64,000 nt of DNA from Lama glama. Taxonomy: Eukaryota. Shown here one piece after another: positions 1-11,145 of this stretch. The position numbers and the translations under genes were made by a program. The first letter of the stretch is position 1. Each line of letters begins with the position of its first letter. The notes beneath the pieces are model-generated. The model had not been told where the DNA came from. It saw only the letters and a list, made by a program, of their open reading frames with translations, and ran no database searches. The stretch covers positions 22,322,001 through 22,386,000 of the forward strand of contig CM052816.1 in assembly GCA_028534125.1 (NCBI GenBank), read 5' to 3'.

Positions 1-414
1 GCAGCAGTAGTCTGAAATGTTATTTATAACATGATAATTATTGGATCAACATAAAACGATACTATTCCTAACACTGAATGATCCTGTTTTTCTTGGCTGA
101 TTAAATTTATATCAGTGACATACATAGCTATAGCAATGGTCATTTTTTCAAGTGTTTCTTTTACCTTGATAATAAAAGAAATACATTTTGGTGCGAAAAG
201 CATGGAAAATATAGAACTGTTTTAAAAATCTGATAGTCACCACCCCCCCAAACTACATACACTGAGTAACAGTTGTATACGTACAACCTTGTATCCTACT
301 TTAGCACTCTGACAATCATTCAACCATTTCTCTTTACTGAAAATTTAAGTAATTTTCAATTTTTCTTCAATATAAATAATGCTTTACTGAATATTTTTTG
401 ATAGAAAGTTTTTT

Positions 415-1120
415 TTAAGGATAAATGAAATATGGTCGATCCATGCAATGAGATACTATTTAGCCATGAAAAGGAATGAGTACTCACACATACTAAAACA
501 TGGTTGAACCCTGAAAAATACACACTAAATGAAAGAAGCCAGTTACAAAAGGCCTACTCGTGGAAGTGTAAAGTGGTACAGCCACTTTGAGAAACAGTTT
601 AGCAGTACCCGAAAATGTTAAACATCAGGTTACCATGTGACCCAGTAATTCTACTTCTAAGCACACATATAAGGTAAAACATGCATTCACACACAGTTGT
701 ACATGAATGTTCACAGCACCATTACTCATAATAGACAAAATGTGGAAACAACCCAAATATCCATTAAATGATGGATGAACAAAATGTGGTATATCCACAC
801 AAATGAAGAACATTCAGCTGTAACAGAATGAAATGCTGATAAATGCCAAAACAGAGATGAACCATAAGATAATATGCTTAGTGAAAAAAGCCACACACAA
901 AAGGCCATATATTGTATAATCTCATTTATATAAAAACGTCCAAATGAGGCAAATCCAGAAAGACAGAAAGTAGATTAGTAATTGCCAGGGACTGGGAGGA
1001 AGGGAAGAATGGGCAATGGCAGCTAATTTCTTTCCGCAGTGATGAAAATATTCTAAAATTAGGTACTGGTGATGCCTGCAGAAAACTGATGTATATGCTT
1101 TAAAAAGATGAATTACAACA
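415..1120 (+). mobile_element. Old L1 (L1MB-like) 3' end fragments, two consecutive pieces, interrupted near the tail by a MER21-type LTR
   Basis: Typical L1M 3' motifs: 'gtaaagtggtacagccactttgagaaacagtttagcagt', 'tagtgaaaaaagccacacacaaaaggccatatattgtataat', 'agtagattagtaattgccaggg'. The tail 'tctcaataaagctgtt' resumes at ~1886-1900. Confidence 0.8.
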
Positions 1121-1890
1121 TGTGAGTTACAATTCTGACACCAATTCTGATGTGCAGAACACAACCAACACCAAATAATTCTCCAACACCAGCTGGGTGT
1201 CTTATAATTCAACTCAATTTTGACAATATCTACTTAGAAATAGCATTACATTCCGTAAGTTAAGGGCTCAGTCCTATGAGACTGCTCCCCACCCCTTCAG
1301 AAGCCAATTCATATGTCCAGGTTGTCACCTGTGCTTCTGAGGTTCCCATGACACCCTTCTCAGGTTTCATTAAATTGATAGACCAACCCACAAAATTCCG
1401 AGAAACATTTCACTTACTAGATTACCGGTTTTGTAAAGGGATATAATTCAGGTACAATCACGTGGAAGAGATATATAGGACAAGTAATGGGGAAAGGGGC
1501 ACAGGATTTCCAAGCCCTCTGAGGGCTCCACTCTCCCAGTACCTCCACATAGGCACTAACCCAGGGGCTCTCCAAACCTCATCCTTTCAGGTTTTTATAG
1601 AGGCTTCATTACATAGGAATGACTCATTAAATCATTGGCCATTGGTGATTCGGCCTCCAGGTCCTCCCTCCTCTCAGGGTCAGAGGGGTGTGACTGAAAT
1701 TTCCAACCTTCAAATGACTGGTTGGTTTCCCTGGCAACCAGTCACCCTTAAGTGTGGTCCAAAGTCACCTCATTAACATAACAAAAGACACCTTATCACT
1801 TAGGAAATCCCAAGGGTTTTTAGCAGCTCTGTGCCAGAAACAGGGACTAAGACCAAATATACATTTCTTATTATAAATCATAATATCTCA
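1121..1890 (-). mobile_element. MER21-family ERVL solo LTR nested in L1MB tail
   Basis: 'caccagctgggtgtcttataattcaactcaattttgac', 'taagggctcagtcctatgagactgctcccc' and the terminal 'gaccaaatatacatttcttattataaatcataatatctca' match the recalled MER21 consensus. Confidence 0.75.
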
Positions 1891-2554
1891 ATAAAGCTGT
1901 TATTTAAAAAATAATATTCTCAAAAAGGGGGAGAGAAGGGTTATTTCCTTACAGGGTACTCTTAGAGGCAGAAATACTACTCTTTGATATATGCCGAAAC
2001 ACTTCTCTGCCAAAGGTTCTACAGATTTATATTCTCTCCAGCAATGTATTTCGTACCTGCATCACTGTGCTCAGATGAATGATCATCATTTCTTAAATCT
2101 TACAATCTGGGAAGAAAAACTAGCTATTTATTATTTTTATAACAATGGTTTTCCCTATTTTAGTCATATTTTTCTTTTGCAAAGGGTCATTTTTTACATT
2201 GTTGGCTTTTAAAACAGACACCTTTATGCATACAGTTGTTTTACTGTATACACAAATGCTTCTATTTCTCATTAAACAGATAAATTACTTATCATTTTGT
2301 TCAGCAATAATTAACTCATCCTGAGTTCTCCTTCCACTTTTAATTTTAAAGCTTTCCTTGAGGTCAAGAAACTCTTCAAAATAGTCCCAATAACCACTCT
2401 CCTTTTCAAACAGGCAGATTAAAAGGACACTACAATGAGTCCACCAGGGTTACATATATTTCCAGTTTCCTGACAGCAGTTCACTTTCAAGTGAAATGTC
2501 CAAGTGATTCACACAATATTGTAAAACATGGAGTAGTAAAAAAAAGAAATGAAA

Positions 2555-2760
2555 CATTTACTAACACTTTCTACAGGCCAAGTACTTAACGTGTACCTCA
2601 TTTAATCCTAACAAACCCCATTACCTGAACTTAACCTAAAAAGAAAATAAAAATCACCAAGGGTAAGATCTTGCCAGGCAGCAAATATGTGACCAGACTA
2701 GGGATCAAACTGAGGTGTGCCTAATTCTAAAGTCCACATTCTTTCTGCCACTTTATAGTG
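2555..2760 (-). mobile_element. MIR SINE (degenerate)
   Basis: 'tacctcatttaatcctaacaaacccc' and 'gggatcaaactgaggtgtgcctaattctaaagtccacattctttc' resemble the MIR antisense strand. Confidence 0.6.
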
Positions 2761-3710
2761 CTTCCCAAGCTCACGGACTCAAAGTCAGACAAGACTTTGG
2801 ATACTAGTTCTGCCAATTTCAATGTGACTAATTTCTAAGATTCTTCAGTGTGTATGTACATTTTAACAAAAACAAAGTCATTATACACAAGACAATGTGA
2901 AAATAGGAGGCTAAAAAATTCACTGTGGAGAAAACTTTTTTAAAAAATACCAATTTTTTAAACACCAAAGTGTATGGAATAATTTAAAGACTTCTCTTGA
3001 ATTTATATCGACTCGCTACATGTTCTAACAAGCAGAGGTTCTTGCACATTCAATTTACAAACATGATCACTAGGTGAAAAACGTTTTCTTAGGGACTGAC
3101 TGCCACTCTCCACTTTAGCCAACAAATGCATCGTTTCTCAGTAGAAAAAGCCACATCAACTACACAGCTTTGTATTCTTCTTTACCACATGAGAAATGTT
3201 TTCAGCAGTATGTGCACCATCCAGGAAGTAGCACTGGGGAGTAAAAGAAATGGCTATTTTAGCTGCATTAGAGATAAAAGACTGCAAGAGCTTGTGAGCA
3301 AGCAGTAACACAGCACAGAAAAGGACAAGGTCAAGAACAATAAAAACAGCGGGAGAAAGTGTCTACTTTCCCCTAGGTAATGAACACCACTGTGGTAAAG
3401 AAAAAGTCATTTAAATGATAAAACTCTTAAAGGACCCTTGACCAGCTCTAAAAACTGCCACTTTTAAGACCCAATCATCCACTTGACAAGAATCGGGACT
3501 GATTTCCAAAGGATGCATGTACAACAGTAACAATTCCACAAGGATTTTCACATTCATGGAACAAAAATCAACTCAAATATTAAAACAAGAATTCTAATAC
3601 AAACATTTCCTTTTTTCAAGAACTCCCTCATTCTTCATTCAGACATATAAAAAAGCAATAGCTTATAAAACTGTCATAATTTGGATTAAGGTCTTCAATA
3701 AAACACACTT

Positions 3711-4460
3711 ATTTGGTACATTCACTATGGAAAACAGTACGGAGATTTTTTAAAAACTAAAAACAGAGTTGCCATATGATCCAGCAGTCCTACTCCTGGC
3801 CGTATATCTGGAGAAAACTAATTCAAAAACATACATGCACCCCAACGTTCAGAGGAACACTATTTACAATAACCAAGACATGGAAGCAACCTAAATGTCC
3901 ATCCACAGAGGACTGAATAAAAAAGATTTGGTGTGTGTATATGTATGTATATATATGTGTATACACACACACACATATACACAATGGAATACTACCTAGC
4001 CATCAAAAAGAATGAAACAATGCCATTTGCAGCAACATGGATGGACCTAGAGATTATCACATTAAGTGAAATCAGAAAGACAAATATCATATCACTGATA
4101 TGTGTAATCTAAAAAAATGGTACAATAAACAAACAAATAAAGGTATAAATGAATTTATTTACAAAATAGGAAGAGACTCACAGACACAGAAAACAAATTT
4201 ATGGTTACCAAAGGGGATGGGGTGGGGGATGAGGGAGGGGCAAATTAGAAGTTTGGGATTACCAGATACAAACTACTATACATAAAATATATAAAGTACA
4301 AGGTGCTAATGTATAACACAAACAACTACATCCAATATCTTATAATAATCTACAGTAAAAAAAAGAATTTGAAAAAATATATATATATTTGTATAACTGC
4401 ATCACTTTACTATACACCAGAAACTAATACATAAATCAACTGTACCTCAATTTTTTAAAA
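3711..4460 (+). mobile_element. L1 (artiodactyl/camelid) ORF2 C-terminus plus 3'UTR, 5'-truncated
   Basis: 'gagttgccatatgatccagcagtcc', 'atggaagcaacctaaatgtcc', 'tgccatttgcagcaacatggatggacctagag'; ends 'aaatcaactgtacctcaatttttt'. Confidence 0.9.
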
Positions 4461-5964
4461 TGCACATTTTTCTTCTAAAATTATTTTAATATTGAAGCAT
4501 CAATAGGACTTGGGGCAGAACAGTAAACAGGAACTTATCTACAGCCCCCTATTTTATCTTAGGGCTATTATTAAAATAATTCTACTGTATATAGAATCAT
4601 GTACTGTTTTCCTTAGCTGATAAAATACAATCAAGCTATTGTGCAATGGTAAGAGGGCTCTTAAGAAAAAAATCACTGCTGAAGTAATTCTTGTCTCCTG
4701 GGTAACTTACCATAAATACCATTGTTTTTATCACAACTTTACTTATAGCTTTACTCTATATCAAGCAAAATTTTCACTTCTGTAAGATCCTTTCAAACTA
4801 AAATAATAAAAAGTAATGCTTTTACGATCACAGTATTTGCTAAAGTGAGAAGTTACAGAATAGTATGTGCACTACGATCTTGCTTTTGTGGAAAAATATT
4901 TATCCACTGATTTGTCTGGAAGGATATTCATCACAACATTACTAGCAGTTATCTTAGGTTGGTAGGACTATGATGTGCTTTTTTTTCTTTAGTTGATACG
5001 TATATTCTGATTTTCTGTATTAAATACAAAGCTTTTTTTTTTAGTGCTTGTGCATAAGAGACAGAACAACTTAAGTTAAAGCACTAGGTGTCCTATTTTA
5101 TTCAATATCACCGAATCAAACTCATGTATTCAGAGTTAACATAATGCAAATGCTGCTCAAGAAATGTTAGTGAAATCCCCAAAGCAACAAGGTTCAACTT
5201 TTAAACAATAAACCCCCTCAGACAGGAAAATGGTGCCTATAAGAAAGAAGTAACTTCATGTCTCCTTTTATAACTGGGTTAGGGTAAGGGTGGGAAATGG
5301 CTTGGAATGTCCAGGTGATCACAGGAAAGACCATGGGGAAAAAGTACTAACACTTGAGAAGCAAGACAAAAATCATTTCACTGATTTAGAGACACTGATT
5401 GATATCAGAGTAGCAGAAAGTAAATAATCAAAGATAGTAAACACCTATAAGAAAACAATGGGCCAAAGAAAAAAAGAAAAAGCCAGGAAAAAAAAAGACT
5501 ACAAAAAACTGAATGCAGGTGTATTTACGTAAATCGTTCTGAAAAGCAAACGGGAAAAAAAAAAGCCAACTAATAATTTATAACTCAAATTGAATCAGCT
5601 CTGGTTTCGATGGGCTTACCACTCAGTATAAAGCCAAGAACACCCTCAAAGGCATCTCAAGATCTTTTGTGCCTGCTTTGGGATGAGCTAGTTAAACAAT
5701 TAGGTATACAGTTAAGTAATTAACATACAAACATGTAAATAGCTGCTTTTTACACATTAAATCAACCTAAACATAATTACTGGATGTGAAGGGAATGCAA
5801 ATTCAAAAACACACAAGGTAAAGTCCTGAGGTTATTTTATTGACCCCCGTGAACAAATTATCTTTAAACCAAAATAAGCAACCCTACTAAGGTAAACCAT
5901 AAGAAATTGCCAATATTCAAGCATTTTTTAATCTATAAAAACAGCAATTTCATCTAGTCCCACT

Positions 5965-6162
5965 CAGTGGTCTGTTGATATTTAACAACTACCTCTCTGG
6001 AAAAAAGGCCCCGGTTTGTAGTTTTGCCAATCCCCACGTCGTAAACAGCCCCACGGCAGCCAGTTTCAGGTCGTCATCATGTCATCGCTGAACAGGGAAC
6101 TGGAGCGAGGAACACGATGAGCTCACCAGATCCAACACAGCTCTGGTGCTACCAGCACCCCA
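5965..6162. mobile_element. MER63-like hAT-Blackjack non-autonomous DNA transposon
   Basis: 'cagtggtctgttgatatttaacaactacctctctggaaaaaaggccccggtttgtagttttgccaat...cgtaaacagccccacggcagccagtttcagg' follows the recalled MER63A consensus. Confidence 0.6.
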
Positions 6163-6289
6163 ACCTAGGGGTCATCAGAGCGCTTCCTAAATCTTCTCAT
6201 CCTTTTCTAAAACAGGCTTTTTTTTGCCTGAATAATCCAGTTTCCTACTTATGCTATGGAGAAAGCAAAACAGTGATGGGCGGCAGGGG

Positions 6290-6600
6290 GCTATTTTAAA
6301 CTGAGCTATGAGGAAATGAGCTGATATTTAAGCTGAGATCTTAAAGATAAGAGGCTAAAGCTAACCTTGCAAAGATCTGGGGAAGCGCATTTCAGAGGAA
6401 ACAAGTAGTGTAAAAGCCTTAATTAGGCAAGAACAAGCATGGCATGTTTGAGAAAATGAATGCTAACGTGGCTAGGAGGTCGCGAGCAAAGGTGAGATCC
6501 TCCGAGAGGCTGTCAGGGCCGTATCATCTAGACAGAATGTGAGAGAGTTTGTAATTTCTGGGTAAGTATAGTTTGGATTTTACTCTGAGTGGACTGGATG
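6290..6600 (-). mobile_element. L2 fragment
   Basis: 'atttaagctgagatcttaaag', 'gcaaagatctggggaagcgcatttcagagg', 'gtttggattttactctgagt' are L2 antisense motifs. Confidence 0.6.
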
Positions 6601-7071
6601 CAAGTGCACGTAACAGTTTGATAAATGTGTTAATGGATGAATGTATACTTTAATGCATTGTTTTAATGACCCTCTAATGAGACTTAAGTCACAACTTAAT
6701 TATATTTACTTTTCTCAATATAATCATTTTAACGACTTCACAAACTACGGAAAACATAAAGTTAAGGTCATACAAGTATGACAGGCCTCAAACTATGTAG
6801 ATAGCTGAAACAAACATAGTGGTAGGACTCCACATCAGTTCAGAAATAAGGATCTTATTAATCCAAGATAGTTATTTCATCTATGAAATGCTAACGTATG
6901 AATTCAGGTGGGTCAATTTCAGACTCTAATAAGGATGACCCAACTGGTCTACAAGATATAAATTCAATACTGTAGGAAAACACTAACTAGTGTCATCCAA
7001 AATGACTTTACATAGTACGTAAATACACTTTTAAAAAATTATAATGGCCATGTTATAAGATAAAAAATTTT

Positions 7072-7124
7072 ATTTATTTATTTTTATTTTTTTAACATTT
7101 TTATTGATTTATAATCATTTTACA
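7072..7124 (-). mobile_element. Extremely 5'-truncated young camelid L1 (about 30 bp plus A-tail) with TSD
   Basis: T-rich tail, then 'ttaacatttttattgatttataatcattttacaa' (recalled young camelid L1 3' terminus). Flanked by ataagataaaaaatttt (7055-7071) and ataaaataaaaaatttt (7125-7141). Confidence 0.7.
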
Positions 7125-8479
7125 ATAAAATAAAAAATTTTTAGCATTTTAACTTCATATTTTAATGTGAAAGCAAAGTCAAATATCAAGTCTGATTTAT
7201 TCAGGAGTTTAAAATATCAAGCATACACAAGTTAAATTATATTTGCTTATTACAAAAACTATAATCATACATACAAATACATCCATGTCCACACCTCTAT
7301 GATCATGAAAATTAAGTCCACATTATGGCCACACAAAAGTTCACCAGACAAGTCATCAAGACATAAATTACTGCACATTATACAAAAATTGGGAAATGTT
7401 TAGACTGGTTTATGGAGAATAATTTAAGCTTACACATAAAAAATTACTCATTCAGGAACTTCTAAGCCACCTATTTGACACATTAAAAGGATTTCTTTCA
7501 ACCAACAGGAAATGAGACCTATAACTCAGAAAAAAAAGAAAAAAGAAAAAAACTTGTATCAGCAGAATGAAATACTTGAAGTTTGCATATCATTAATCTC
7601 CCATGCACTCTCATTTTCCACCTAAACATCAGTTAAGCTGAAGTTTAAATACATTCAGGTATTCTTCCTTTAAGAGCACAAGAACCCATACAGTAACTGT
7701 CAGTCAGCTGACTTGTGCACATTAACACAGCTAGCTGCTACTTCACCACAGAGCTGCAATGCTGGTGCTTACTGACCCCTCTTCTCTGAGGGGCGAGTAC
7801 ACAGGCAGCGCAGTAATGAGGACAAGGCACACTAATGATTATCTGCACCCTGAACACCCTTCCCTAAAACCATCAGATTTCTGTCTGAGCTTTCTACAAA
7901 AAAATGAGAAATGCTGAGAATGTTGTCAGGTAAACTACTTACTTAGTAATGGCAACAGCTTTTTTTTTTTTAACAAAAGGAATTTGGAAATAGAAAAGTA
8001 GTAAGTTTCAGCTCCCAATCTCATTTGAGCCCACATCCCTGATAAAAGAAAGGTACAATGCAGTCCAACTTGCAGTGTCTACATCCAGGTAAATTATCAC
8101 ACTCAGAATTCAAGAAACAAAGCCTTAAAAATATGGGGCAAGCCAAAAATAGTTTTTTTTAAAGCATCACCCTACTTCCAAACCAAGCTTTCCTTTTCTT
8201 TATTCTATTTACCTTATCTCCTCTGTCCCTTACCATTTTCCTGTGTATTTCACTTTTTATACACAAAAAACCGATTTGAAACTTAACCTCTTCTCTGTTT
8301 CTAGTTTGTTTTAACTTAATTCTTATGGGACAATATGGTTTTAGGTGAAACACTTTTAATTGAAATACTTATAGTTTCAGAAACATACATATAAGCTGTT
8401 ATCAAAGAGATGAATAACAAGCGGTCAATCATTTTGCAGATGAGAGTACCCACACGTGCAGAATACCGGGGATTCTGAA

Positions 8480-10450
8480 GTGAATACAACAAAGCTCTTT
8501 CCCTAAGTACACTAAGGCAAGACTGTGCTGGGCAGGTACAGGAAACCTCGGGGAAACCTACGTGCCAGAGGCAGAACAAGCCAAGGAGAAACTAGTGGGA
8601 CATGTAACTAGAGAAGCCAGCCGCACAGGTGATGGAGGGCAGGTCGGCACTCCGCACTCTGGCACTTACTCTCAATAATACGGAAAACAACCGGAGGGTT
8701 TAAAACATAGGAGTAAAATAATCAGCCTTTCGTTTCAAAAGGATTGCCGTGGTTGCTGTGTTGAGAACAGAAAAAGAGCAGAAGCAGCAGGGAGACGAGA
8801 AAGGAGACAACTAAAATAACACAGGCAAGAGATGATGGCTGTGTAGAGAGGGGAACAGCAGTTGAAGACAGCAAGCTGTGGTTATATTTATTCCTAAAGT
8901 ACATGTTAAGGTAAGTAAAGGACATACTTTCATGGTGCATTACTCTGAATTAGATATGAGAGTGTGAGAAAGAGGAGTCAAGAATGTCCTCAAGGTTTCA
9001 GCCAGAGAAACAAAGACAGAGGTGACATTTAATAAGATGAAGAAAACTGGAACATAACTGGGGTTGGGGAGGGAGGAAAGAGGAGGATGAGGAGATCAGT
9101 TTTGACAGGTTAAATTTAGGAAGTCTAATTGGCAATGTTGACTAGGAAGCTGGGTATATAAGTCTGAAGGTGAGGAAAGAGATCCAGAAAGAGATAACAT
9201 TTTTAGTCTGAAATGTATGATAATTCTAGCTACAGGACAGGATGAGATCACAGGAGACTACATACAAATATAGAAGAGGTCTAAACATAGAGCTCTGGGA
9301 CTCTGCCTTATTTTTCAGAATTTGGGGCAAGAGAAAGGAACCAGCAAAAGAAACTGAAAATACACAGTAGTGTCCTGAAGCAAAGGGAAGAAAGGCTTCC
9401 AAGAAGAGAGAATTATTAACCACTTCAAACACGCTGCTGCTACATGCAGTGAGATTAGGGCTGAGAAATTACTAGGTAATTTATCACCAGGGAGGTCGGC
9501 ATTCACCTCAACAAGAGCCGTTACGGTAACATGGAAGAGAGATGAGGTAGCATGGTTCCAAGAAGAGACAAGGAGTGCTGGTGACAATTCCTTCCAAGAG
9601 CAGTAGCTGAAGAAAGATGTTTTATTGGGGGAGGTATGTTTAGTTTAGTTTTTTTTTTTAAGATGGGAGATAATTCATCTTATCTATATGCTGATAGGAA
9701 TAACGCAGTAGAAAGGGGAAACACTGATGGGGCAGCTCAGTGGCAGGCAGGCAGAACAGGATGAACACTGTGGCAACGCCCCACCCTGACAGAAGGGAGA
9801 GAGAACCAAGGGCAAGACTGGAGGCGATGGTCACAGCATGATAGGAAATGCAAAGAGTAAGGGTACAGATGTGAGGAGACATGCAAAAGTTTTCTCCTGA
9901 CTGCTTTCATTTTTGATATACAGGAAACAAGGTTATCAGCTGAAAATGAAGAAGACAAAACGGGCGCTAGAGGTTTGAGGAGGTGTAAAACAGTCACTTA
10001 GCAGACCGGGAGAGTGATTCCACCAGGGAAATACACTGGGATTAAAGGACTGTGGGCAAGAAGGGCCCTCCACAGTCAACAGGAAGGGAGAGCAGGTCAG
10101 CATGGGTATGTCTTCCTCAATAAACATTCAACTGCCAGTTACGGCTGGACTAGACGGAGAGCTAGAGGGGGCATGGGGGGGTGGGGGTGCCAGGTGAGTC
10201 CATGAAAGGAGAAATGCTACAAGGAACTGATGCTGTGTAAAAGGTAGAATTTATGACAGTGGACCATGGATTCAAAGCAGGTAAATAATCAAGTGAGGAC
10301 GTGGAGGAAGCAGGGCTTGGGACAGTAAAAAGGAGGTAGCAGCCACAGATTGTAGTAGATTCCAGACACGGAAGTACTGTTCAAGTAGGGGGCCATGACA
10401 GAAGGAGCTGGAAAGACAGGATGTTGCGGCCCTGGTGGAATTTGTGAAAC
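8480..10450 (-). mobile_element. Long L2 (L2a-like) LINE relic
   Basis: Purine-rich + strand with L2 antisense hallmarks: 'caggcaagagatgatggctg', 'agaggagtcaagaatgtcctcaaggttt', 'ggatgagatcacagg', 'gtgtcctgaagcaaagggaagaaag'. Confidence 0.8.
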
Positions 10451-10469
10451 TGTCTGAAAGAACCATAAT

Positions 10470-11145
10470 AAAGTACAGGCAGGTCTGGTTAAAATGTAAT
10501 GGAGCTACCTTAAAGGCAAAGCCTCCCCCTGGGCAAAGTGACCCTGCAGGTGAGGGAAACTAGAAGGCAAGGGACGGGAGCAGAATTATACCACAGATGT
10601 GTAGCTGCAAGTTCCCAGACACAACCTTCATGAAAACCACCTCCAGCACTCCTGGAGTCAGCTAGGAACAGCCCGCCCAACTCAGAGGCACGGATGCCAG
10701 GCCACAACAGAATGAGCCACATTAAAACCACACACACCGTTTCCCCCAGCCCTTTCCCCAGGGAGCTGGACCCTGCACAGGTGAATTCAACAGCATACTG
10801 GAGAGGAGCTGGCAAAGTAACAAGGCGAGCCTCTCAGAACTCTTCCTCCAAAGCAGGCTTCTTGTTCTGAGGCAGTTCTGAGACAGGAAAAAAAGTTCTA
10901 TGTTGTGTTAAGTGTCTGAACACTGATTATTATTGTAAACTGTACCTTCTAATGACTAAAATAAGACTGTCAATGACACGTCACAAGAAGACTTTTTACT
11001 ACCTAAAAGTAACTGGAAAAGCTATCTGGTCTTCCCAAGAGCTGGAGAGGCAGGGAAAGACAATCCCTAGGGAAGCTTTGAAGGTACAGCGAGAGAAAGC
11101 AAGCTGTTTTCTGCTTAAACCTTATCAAGTCCCATCCATTGAACA
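10470..11145 (+). mobile_element. Ancient eutherian LTR (LTR78-like), tentative
   Basis: 'tacctaaaagtaactggaaaagctatctggtcttcccaagag...ctttgaaggtacagcgagagaaagc' resembles the recalled LTR78 3' part; GC-richer than its flanks. Confidence 0.35.

Noticed and set aside
2618..2655. Apparent 11 nt microexon on the minus strand (tttttag|GTTAAGTTCAG|gtaatg)
   Set aside because: Lies within a decayed MIR with no independent support; likely chance.
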